52,372 nucleotides of DNA from Thiomicrospira cyclica. GTDB lineage: Bacteria > Pseudomonadota > Gammaproteobacteria > Thiomicrospirales > Thiomicrospiraceae. The DNA is taken from assembly GCA_020726325.1 (NCBI GenBank), contig DYST01000002.1, positions 1 through 52,372 of the forward strand, in the 5' to 3' direction. Every line of letters starts with the position of its first letter. The first letter of the stretch is position 1. The notes below the pieces were generated by a model. The model did no database searches. It saw nothing but the letters and a program-made list of their open reading frames with translations, and had not been told where the DNA came from. Both the position numbers and the translations under genes were made by a program. Positions 29,831-37,868 of this stretch are shown piece by piece.

Positions 29831-31156
29831 ATGAGTAGAAAAAAAATAGGATATATTGCCTTTATCTGCAGTTTTGCATTAGTCGCTTCGGCTCATGCGA
29901 GCACAGGTTTAATGACGTTGTTTGAGCAAGCGCAAACGCAAGATGCCAAGCTAGCACAAGCAAAAGCACAATTACAGGCAGATCAAGAAATCATCAATCA
30001 AGCAAGAGCGGTATTGATGCCGAATCTTGCTGGTCAAGTTGCTTATCAAAGCAATGACTATTCAAAGCCTGTATTTATGGCAGCAAAAGAAAGCCTACAA
30101 GAAAAACTTGTGTTATCTCAATCTTTATTCGATGCTAGTGCTTGGGCAAGGTATGAACAGGCAAAGGGATTGCTAGAGCAATCCTTGTTGCAATATCAAC
30201 TAAGCGAGCAAGATTTAATATTACGTCTTAGTCAGGCTTATTTTGATGTGTTACGGGCGCAACAGTTACTCGCATTGACAGTTGCGCTGAAAGAATCTAC
30301 GGGTAAACAGCGCGATAAAATCAGTGAAGGGGTGCGTGTTGGCTTAACCAACCCTGTTGATTTGTTAGAAGTACAAGCGCGTTATGATTTAGCAGAGTCA
30401 GATGAAATCAATGGACAGAATCAGCTTTCTATTGCGACTGAATCATTAGCGCGTCTGATTCGCGCAGCAACTGTTCCTAACTTAAAAATACTTACCTTAG
30501 ATACCGCGCTTAGTTCTTTAACTGAAAAGCCAACTATTTTAGCAGATCGCTATGCAAGTCAAAACTTAAGTGTCAAGTTAAATCAGCAAAAATTACTGAT
30601 TAGTGAGCATGAAGTAGATGCACAACGAGCAGGTCACTATCCCACCTTAGCACTGCAAGCGACTGTTGCTAATCAAGATGGCTTATTAAGCAGCACAACA
30701 AGTACAAGCCCTTATCCTTACCAAATGAATAGTATTGGTTTGGTATTAAATGTACCGCTATATGCTGGTGGCATGGTGAGTAGCCAAGTACGCAAAGCAG
30801 AATATTTACGCACTGCCAATCAAGAAGGATTGCGTAATAGCAAAGAACAGGCTCGACTCGACATTCTGACACTAGCGAAAACCGTTACTTTGGGTCCAAG
30901 CCGTCTTATGGCGCTGCGCAATGCGGTTAAGTCGAGCGATGCTTTTTTGGCAGCAGCAGAAGAGGGTAATCGCGTGGGCATGAAAGATTTGGTCGATGTG
31001 CTCAATGCTCGTACCCAATTATTAAAGGCAAAACAAGATTTAGCCAATGCGTTATATGACGATGTCATGAATCGTTTGCGCTTAAAGTCAGCGCAAGGTC
31101 AATTATCTGTTGATGATTTAGCCGCAATTGAAGCTTATTTGCGTGATTCGAGTTAG
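29831..31156 (+). CDS. TolC-family outer membrane efflux protein
   Basis: 441-aa ORF with a signal peptide (...LVASAHA/ST) and two repeats of the coiled-coil/beta-barrel OEP pattern. It is the first gene of the pump operon. Confidence 0.85.
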   Translation: MSRKKIGYIAFICSFALVASAHASTGLMTLFEQAQTQDAKLAQAKAQLQADQEIINQARAVLMPNLAGQVAYQSNDYSKPVFMAAKESLQEKLVLSQSLFDASAWARYEQAKGLLEQSLLQYQLSEQDLILRLSQAYFDVLRAQQLLALTVALKESTGKQRDKISEGVRVGLTNPVDLLEVQARYDLAESDEINGQNQLSIATESLARLIRAATVPNLKILTLDTALSSLTEKPTILADRYASQNLSVKLNQQKLLISEHEVDAQRAGHYPTLALQATVANQDGLLSSTTSTSPYPYQMNSIGLVLNVPLYAGGMVSSQVRKAEYLRTANQEGLRNSKEQARLDILTLAKTVTLGPSRLMALRNAVKSSDAFLAAAEEGNRVGMKDLVDVLNARTQLLKAKQDLANALYDDVMNRLRLKSAQGQLSVDDLAAIEAYLRDSS

Positions 31157-31166
31157 GGGAGTCATC

Positions 31167-31367
31167 ATGAGTTTAGCGGAAGTTGTTTATCAAACCATTA
31201 AGCCATTGCCAGAAGACATGATTCGTGAGGTGCTTGATTTTGCCTTGTTTGTGCAGCAAAAGGCAGAAAAAAAAGAATGGAAAAACTTAATCGATGCACA
31301 GACGCTGAGTTTTTCTGATTGGGACAACTTAGAAGATGAGGTCTGGAATCATGCTCCAACCTTGTGA
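31167..31367 (+). CDS. type II antitoxin, DUF2281-like
   Basis: 66-aa product MSLAEVVYQTIKPLPEDMIREVLDFALFVQQK... with an acidic C-terminus. GGGGAG lies upstream of the ATG at 31167 (the track ORF is trimmed from 31128). It overlaps the toxin gene by 17 nt. Confidence 0.7.
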   Translation: MSLAEVVYQTIKPLPEDMIREVLDFALFVQQKAEKKEWKNLIDAQTLSFSDWDNLEDEVWNHAPTL

Positions 31368-31692
31368 TTTAGTGTTGATTCCTTTTCCATTTACGGATTT
31401 ATCTGCGACAAAAAAACGTCCCGTTTTGGTGCTAAAATCACCGAACAGTCAGGGTGATTTTATGGCGGTACAAGTGACCTCTCAATCTGGCTACGTGGAT
31501 TCTGTTGTTGTGTCTGCTGATGATCTTGTTTTAGGTTTTTTACCAAAAGTAAGTTATGTGCGTACCAGTAAGTTAATTACCTTAAATCAAACACTTGTCG
31601 TTGCATCTATTGGTAAAATTTCTGCTACTGCTTTTGCGTCTATTCATCAAGAAGTTTGTAATCAAATGACTTGTTTTTCTTGCGAAGGATAA
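31351..31692 (+). CDS. type II toxin, PemK/MazF-like
   Basis: 113-aa product MLQPCDLVLIPFPFTDLSATKKRPVLVL..., the SH3-like PemK N-terminal signature. GAGG lies 9 nt upstream of the start. Confidence 0.75.
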   Translation: MLQPCDLVLIPFPFTDLSATKKRPVLVLKSPNSQGDFMAVQVTSQSGYVDSVVVSADDLVLGFLPKVSYVRTSKLITLNQTLVVASIGKISATAFASIHQEVCNQMTCFSCEG

Positions 31693-31695
31693 ATT

Positions 31696-32838
31696 GTGTC
31701 TAAAAAATTAGTATGGATTGCGGTTGGTGTTGTGATTGCCGCTGGTGCTTTCGTTGCGATTAAAAGCAAACAAGCTAAGAATGATGCGTTTGTCGCGCCC
31801 GTGATTGCACCGATTTTGGTATCATCAATGACTGCTAATCTTGCCCCCGTTACCTTAACACAACCAACGCAAGTAACCGTAAAAGCCGAAATTGAGCAGT
31901 TACTAACCGCGCGTTTAACCGCGCAAGTCGTTTCTTTGCCTGTGCGTGAAGGTGATGTAGTTAAGGCTGGCGACCTGTTAGCTCAGTTGGATGATAAATC
32001 GAGTCGTGCTGATCTGTCGGTCGCTGATGCTCAATTAGCACAATACAAACTTGAGCAAGCGAGCATTAAAGATCAAGTTGATGCGGCTAAACTCGATTGG
32101 CAAGCACAAAAAGATACCTTGTCGCGTTTACAAAAGCTTGCCTTAGTTAAAGCAGCAAGCGAAGATCAAATTCAGCAACAAAGTGTACGTGTCGCACAAG
32201 CAGAGCAACGCTTGACTGCTGCGCAATCGCAGTATAAAGCCTACGATGAACTCTTAACCGCACGTAAAAAACAAGCCGAAGCCGCCAAAGGTGCCTTGGG
32301 TTATGTGCAGCTTAAAGCGATGCAAGCGGGTATTGTCAGCGAACGCTTAGTGCAAGAAGGCGACATTGTCACGGCAGGTACGCCACTCATTCGTTTGGTA
32401 GGAGAAGGCGGTGATCGTCGCTTATTGGTGTCGTTACCTGTCGATGGACAAAAGCCTGCTGGATTGATGTGGCAAGACAAGCGCTTATCACTGATTGCTT
32501 GGCCAAGAGCCAATGCGCAAGGCTTATTGACATTTGAAGCACGTGTTCGTGATGATGCTTTGATACCGAATCAACAACTTGCCTTACCATTAGCAGTCTA
32601 TTCGGGAGAAGGGATTGCCTTAGCATCCAATTGTTTTGTCCCCCACTCGCTCAAAGAGGCACAAGTATTAATCAACAACCAAGGCAAGGTCGATGTTGTT
32701 CCTGTCGTGCTTGATGCCGTTGGACAAGAGGGAGCGGTAACACAAAATCCGCGTTTACTCGGACAAGAAATATTATGTGCCTCGTCTGATATTTTAATTC
32801 GCATTATGGCAGGCAGAAATTATAAGGTGGCTGAATAA
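31696..32838 (+). CDS. efflux RND periplasmic adaptor (HlyD/MFP family)
   Basis: 380-aa ORF with a GTG start 3 nt after the toxin stop; its SD GAAGGA lies in the toxin's last codons. It has an N-terminal anchor, lipoyl-like halves (VREGDVVKAGDLLAQLD ... GIVSERLVQEGDIVTAGTPLIRL) and a central coiled-coil hairpin. Confidence 0.85.
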   Translation: MSKKLVWIAVGVVIAAGAFVAIKSKQAKNDAFVAPVIAPILVSSMTANLAPVTLTQPTQVTVKAEIEQLLTARLTAQVVSLPVREGDVVKAGDLLAQLDDKSSRADLSVADAQLAQYKLEQASIKDQVDAAKLDWQAQKDTLSRLQKLALVKAASEDQIQQQSVRVAQAEQRLTAAQSQYKAYDELLTARKKQAEAAKGALGYVQLKAMQAGIVSERLVQEGDIVTAGTPLIRLVGEGGDRRLLVSLPVDGQKPAGLMWQDKRLSLIAWPRANAQGLLTFEARVRDDALIPNQQLALPLAVYSGEGIALASNCFVPHSLKEAQVLINNQGKVDVVPVVLDAVGQEGAVTQNPRLLGQEILCASSDILIRIMAGRNYKVAE

Positions 32839-32840
32839 TA

Positions 32841-34016
32841 ATGCTGCTGGATAATAATTATCAATTGCTAGAGAAACAAAGGCAAAATGAACTTTTTCCA
32901 GAACTTGTTTTGCCACAAGAACATCGCTTTCCGAAACCGCAATATTTAGGTGCTAAATATGTTCTTAAAGATTGGATAGCAGGTTTTTTTCCAGCTAATG
33001 CCAAGAAAGCACTGGATGGTTTTGGCGGCACACAAAGCATCTCATTTATGATGAAGCAACGGGGGCTGCAAACAATTACCAATGATTTGCTTGCATTCAA
33101 TCATCAAATTGGTTTGTCGCTCATTGAAAATAAAGAGTATCAGTTATCACAAAGTGAGTTGATGGCGCTATTTGAAACAAATAACAAACCATCAGATTGG
33201 TCATTAGTAGCACAAAATTTTAGTGGTTTATTTTTTGATGAAGCAACAGCGAAATTGTTAGATAACCTACGTTGGAATATTGAAAACTTATCTAATCCGT
33301 ATCAAAAAGCATTCGCATTAACCATCATCAATAGAGCGATGATGCGCAAAACGACGATGGGGCATTTTGCGCATACACGAGCATTAGTTTATGCAGCAGA
33401 TCCTGAACGATTAAAAAGAAATCGTAGTTTAGCGCGTCCAATAAAAGAATTAGCTCTTGAATTATTGCCAGAATATAATGCCGCTATTTTTGATAACAAA
33501 CAAGAAAACCAGAGTTTTTGTGGTGATGTTTTAGAGCTGTTACCACAAATCAGTAATATTGACTTTGCTTATTTTGACCCACCTTATTGTGATAGTCATT
33601 CAGATTATCAGTCTTTTTATCACCTGCCAGAAACTTATACAGAGTATTGGCGAGATAAACAGTTTATTAATCAAACAAAGCGTTATGATCCACCAAGATA
33701 TAGTGGATTTGATAAAAAAAGAGATATCTTGTCATCGTTTGAAGAGCTATTCCGACGTTCAGAAAATATTCCTGTTTGGTTAATTAGCTACAATGATCGA
33801 AGTTATCCTAAAGCAGAAGAGCTGGCAAGGATGATTGCTAAATACAAAGATGTGACTATAGAGGCGAAAGAATACAGTGAGGGGCGTGGTGGCAAGGGTA
33901 GCGTTGCAGGCAGTAGAGAGGTTTTATTTGTCTGTAAGCCAAAAACACAAGTTAGTGTTGCAATTGCATGGAGCAAAGAAATGGCAAGTGGTATAATCAC
34001 TGGTCGAGTATTTTGA
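32841..34016 (+). CDS. N6-adenine DNA methyltransferase, D12/Dam-like (alpha motif order)
   Basis: 391-aa ORF with YLGAKY, DGFGGT (motif I) and then FDPPYC (motif IV) about 190 aa later, followed by WLISYND. It starts 2 nt after the adaptor stop. Confidence 0.8.
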   Translation: MLLDNNYQLLEKQRQNELFPELVLPQEHRFPKPQYLGAKYVLKDWIAGFFPANAKKALDGFGGTQSISFMMKQRGLQTITNDLLAFNHQIGLSLIENKEYQLSQSELMALFETNNKPSDWSLVAQNFSGLFFDEATAKLLDNLRWNIENLSNPYQKAFALTIINRAMMRKTTMGHFAHTRALVYAADPERLKRNRSLARPIKELALELLPEYNAAIFDNKQENQSFCGDVLELLPQISNIDFAYFDPPYCDSHSDYQSFYHLPETYTEYWRDKQFINQTKRYDPPRYSGFDKKRDILSSFEELFRRSENIPVWLISYNDRSYPKAEELARMIAKYKDVTIEAKEYSEGRGGKGSVAGSREVLFVCKPKTQVSVAIAWSKEMASGIITGRVF

Positions 34017-34630
34017 TTGAACAATTATTTAAAAAACATCCTGTTGTATTGCCTACCGTTGGTCAGGTAAAAAAGGTAGACTTTTTTGTTGATGGAGTTC
34101 CGTTCGATCTTAAGGTAACTTATTTACCTGCTAACTTTATTGAAAAGAAGCGCAAGGAACTCGGATTAAAGCCTGAGTTAACAGAGCTCAAGCAAGCTGC
34201 AAAGCGTTTAAGTATTGTTTTTAATAAGGAATCAAAGCACGATGATATTTATTATGAAATTGCGCAAAAAATGCAAGATAAGGGTACGCAAGATTGCCTT
34301 AATGCTTTAGCAGCAATAAAAAAAATAAGGCTTGATATTTTGAATGAAGTTCGAGCAAATCCAAAATCATTAATTCAGAATCTTTATGAAGAGCAGGGAG
34401 AAATGCGTTTTGATGCCTCTAATCGATTGTTTTTGGTGTTAGTAGATTCGGCTGATTTTGATAATTCATGGAAGTTAAAACGGAACATGGACGCGTTAAG
34501 CCCAACAATTAGAGAGTATCTTGATAATTTTAAGTCAAAAGATATGGATGATTTGCGTATTAGTTTTCGTTATAAAGCGAAAGCGCAAGAGTTCAAAGTG
34601 CTTAGTGATGTTATCTTTGTAGTGCGTTAG
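33968..34630 (+). CDS. putative type II restriction endonuclease (PD-DxK), family not recognised
   Basis: 220-aa ORF, or 205 aa from the TTG at 34013 that overlaps the MTase stop. It has E18...D38-x8-D47-L-K49 (KKVDFFVDGVPFDLKV). It is coupled to the MTase and shares its lower-GC composition. Confidence 0.5.
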   Translation: MEQRNGKWYNHWSSILIEQLFKKHPVVLPTVGQVKKVDFFVDGVPFDLKVTYLPANFIEKKRKELGLKPELTELKQAAKRLSIVFNKESKHDDIYYEIAQKMQDKGTQDCLNALAAIKKIRLDILNEVRANPKSLIQNLYEEQGEMRFDASNRLFLVLVDSADFDNSWKLKRNMDALSPTIREYLDNFKSKDMDDLRISFRYKAKAQEFKVLSDVIFVVR

Positions 34631-34647
34631 ATAAAGGAATTAATAGG

Positions 34648-37600
34648 ATGTTCACTTGGTTTTTCAATCGCCCGTGGATTACAGGCGCGATGCTGTTATT
34701 GATGTCGATTATGGGTGTGATTGGCTACAACCTCATGCCGCGCAATTTGTATCCCGATGCCGAACGTCCGCAAGTGATGATTATTACCCAATTCCCAGGG
34801 GCATCTGCCGAAATTATGGCGCAGCAAATCTCACGCATGATGGAGCGTGAACTGTATAGTCTTAGTGGTATTCGTTTAGTACAAAGCACCAATCTTGATG
34901 GTTTTGCCGTTATTCGTACTGAGTTTGGCTATGAAAAAGGGTTAAACGGCGCACTTGCCGATGTTACAAACGCCCTTGAACGTATTCGTGCTAAGTTGCC
35001 AGCGGGTGTTTTACCCTATTCACTCTATCCGATGGGTAACTTTACCCCACCAGCATTGGTTTTGGCGGTCACGCCTAAACCAGAGTCAGGATTGAGTTTA
35101 GCGCAGACACGTTATTTAGTGGATAGTGATATTCGTCCAGCCTTTTTAAAACAATCTAATATTGCCAATGTCGAAATCTTTGGTGGTTGGCAATCAACCA
35201 TTCGTATTGAGATTAATCCGAATAAACTGGTTGCACTGGGATTGAGCTTTGCTCAAGTAGCCGATGCAATTAAACAATGGCAAGCACAATTACCAATGGG
35301 CTCTTTATTGGGTGACGGACAGTCGTGGACATTCATTATTCCGGGTGAAAAAGCACACATTGACCAGCTTGCATTTTTGCCCGTCACACAGCAACTGAAT
35401 CTTGGACAAATTGCACATATCGAATGGCGCGAGCAAGACAGATACAGTGCCTATATCGGTAATGGCAACCCAGCAATTGCTTTGTCGATTCAACGCCCAC
35501 CGGGAGGAACCATTGCACAAGCATACAATGCGGCTATGTCGGTGTTACCCGAGGTACAAGCTAAATATCCCCTATTAAACATTAGCGTTACCGATACGCA
35601 AATGGATGTCGTTGTTCGTGCCAATGACAATATGTTTAATGCCTTATTAGAAGCTGTCTTGTTTGTTTCACTGGTGATGATGATTTTTTTAGCCAACTGG
35701 CGTGCTGTTGCAACGGCATTACTGTCTTTACCGTTAGTTTTTTTGGGAACAATGGCAATTTTGTGGTTATTTGGCAAAGAGCTAAATTTATTTGTCACCA
35801 CTGGGGTGATTCTTGCCTTAGGTATGCTGGTTGATGATGCGGTTGTGGTGCTTGAAAACATCGAACGGCATTTAGAGGAATTGCACGAAGATATTAATGT
35901 CGCGGTGCGTGCTGGTATGAGCGAGATTGTCTCGCCTGTATGGGTTGGTAGTTTGGCAACCGTAGCAGTTTTGACCCCATTAATGTTTGTTGGTGACTAT
36001 ACCGAGCATGTCTTTAGTCATCTCATTTTTCCTGTTGTTATCGCGGTTTTTGTCTCCTATTTGGTGTCGATTACCTTTATTCCGCGCTTGGTGTGGTTTT
36101 GGTATCGCAATGGCATTCCGCCTAAAAACAAGATTGAGCGTGTGTTAGAAGCACATTATCAACGCCGCTGGGCACCGATTGCAGGTGCTTATATTGGCGG
36201 TTTACGTTGGGCAATGTTGGCGCGTTGGCGACGTTGGCTACTCATTATTGGTGCTTTTCTTATTTTGGTTATCAGTGGCAAAATCATTATGCCGACCATT
36301 GGTCAAGATGCTTTGCCTGCTGCAGATATGGGCATTGTGCAAATGCGCGTTCGCTTTGGTGAACAAGACAAGGTTAGCGATGTTGAGCGTAAGCTGTTGC
36401 CCGTACTCGAAACCTTAAACAAAGACCCATTGATGGTACGTTATGGTGTAACCATTGGTGCTGAAGCAGGTGTTACCTCTTTAGGGAGTGCTGCTTTGGC
36501 ATCTGAAGCTGTGATTATGGCACATTTTACCTCACGCTTAGAACGTGACCAAACCAGTTGGCAAATCGCTGATGAATGGCGTGAAAAATTGGCGCAAATG
36601 CCAGGTGTTGTCGCTGTCGATGCATATGATTTTGGTAATACCATGACCAGCACGATTAAAGCCCCCATTACCTTGCGTTTAAGTAGCGATGACTGGCACA
36701 ATTTACCACAAGCAGCCGAGCAAGTCATGGCAGCGGTGCAAGGCGTGCGCGGTGTGACATCTGTATCTTCGAATTGGTCTGGTTTTACGCAACAAGCACA
36801 ACTCAAACTCAAGCCTGAACAATTGCTTAAATTTGGGCTAACACCTGAGAAATTAGCTGGACAATTACCATTACGCGGTGTACAGGCTGCAAATTTAACG
36901 CGCTGGTCAGCAAGTGAGTCTTTACCGATTCGTCTCATGCTTGATGCGCCTTATAACGAACAGCCACAGACCTTAATGATGTACCCTGTACAAATTCCTG
37001 CAGGCACCAGTGTGCCCTTAAGTGCCTTAGCTGATATTGAAATGGTGCAACAGCCAATGTTACTGGCAACAGACGAATTGCAATATACCCTTGATTTATT
37101 GGTTTATCGCGATCATCGCGCCTTAAACCATTTACTCGATGATATTGATCTTGCACTAAAATCTGTTTCATTGCCGACAGGGGTGACTTGGCATGATGCG
37201 GGCGACAATGCGCAAGGTCTAGAAGCCAAGGCTCGAATGATGAATGGCTTAGGTGTCGGTATTTTGTTGTTGACGATTATCCTTATTGCTGCTTTTTCGA
37301 GTATTCGTATGGCGCTATTGACTGTTGCCATCTTACCCTTAGCTGCAATTGGTGGTTTGTGGGGGCTGATGTTTTTTGGTAAAGCATTTGCCCTGCCTGC
37401 CTTGCTAGGTATCATTTTGCTGTTTTCAATTATTGTTAAGAACGGTATTTTGTTGATGGAGTTTATCCATAAGCATGAGCATCAGATGTCTGCGGTGCAA
37501 GCAGCAGAAGAAAGCATCAAACTCCGTTTTCGTCCGATTTTGATGACGGCTCTGGCAACCATTGCGGGTATGATTCCCATTGCTTTGGAGCGTTCAATTG

Positions 37601-37722
37601 GATTAGAGCGGTTATCACCGTTATCGGATGTTGCTATTTTTGGTTTATTGGTCGGAACGGTGCTCAGTCTACTACTCTTACCAATGCTCTATTTATGGGG
37701 TACTACTCAGACTGCCGAGTAA
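34648..37722 (+). CDS. RND efflux transporter permease (AcrB/HAE-like)
   Basis: 1024-aa ORF with 12-TM architecture, two large periplasmic loops, and TM4 GMLVDDAVVVLENIERH. Confidence 0.9.
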   Translation: MFTWFFNRPWITGAMLLLMSIMGVIGYNLMPRNLYPDAERPQVMIITQFPGASAEIMAQQISRMMERELYSLSGIRLVQSTNLDGFAVIRTEFGYEKGLNGALADVTNALERIRAKLPAGVLPYSLYPMGNFTPPALVLAVTPKPESGLSLAQTRYLVDSDIRPAFLKQSNIANVEIFGGWQSTIRIEINPNKLVALGLSFAQVADAIKQWQAQLPMGSLLGDGQSWTFIIPGEKAHIDQLAFLPVTQQLNLGQIAHIEWREQDRYSAYIGNGNPAIALSIQRPPGGTIAQAYNAAMSVLPEVQAKYPLLNISVTDTQMDVVVRANDNMFNALLEAVLFVSLVMMIFLANWRAVATALLSLPLVFLGTMAILWLFGKELNLFVTTGVILALGMLVDDAVVVLENIERHLEELHEDINVAVRAGMSEIVSPVWVGSLATVAVLTPLMFVGDYTEHVFSHLIFPVVIAVFVSYLVSITFIPRLVWFWYRNGIPPKNKIERVLEAHYQRRWAPIAGAYIGGLRWAMLARWRRWLLIIGAFLILVISGKIIMPTIGQDALPAADMGIVQMRVRFGEQDKVSDVERKLLPVLETLNKDPLMVRYGVTIGAEAGVTSLGSAALASEAVIMAHFTSRLERDQTSWQIADEWREKLAQMPGVVAVDAYDFGNTMTSTIKAPITLRLSSDDWHNLPQAAEQVMAAVQGVRGVTSVSSNWSGFTQQAQLKLKPEQLLKFGLTPEKLAGQLPLRGVQAANLTRWSASESLPIRLMLDAPYNEQPQTLMMYPVQIPAGTSVPLSALADIEMVQQPMLLATDELQYTLDLLVYRDHRALNHLLDDIDLALKSVSLPTGVTWHDAGDNAQGLEAKARMMNGLGVGILLLTIILIAAFSSIRMALLTVAILPLAAIGGLWGLMFFGKAFALPALLGIILLFSIIVKNGILLMEFIHKHEHQMSAVQAAEESIKLRFRPILMTALATIAGMIPIALERSIGLERLSPLSDVAIFGLLVGTVLSLLLLPMLYLWGTTQTAE

Positions 37723-37868
37723 TCGATTGAACAAAAGAAATAATAGCTGATGTTATCTTAGTTTTTGTGCTGCGGTATTTTTGAATCGGTAATTAATTTT
37801 TATGCTATGATTAGTGTCCTTTATAAGTTTTTTTGCTTAAAAAAGTCTAAAGTTTCGAGAGATGATTA

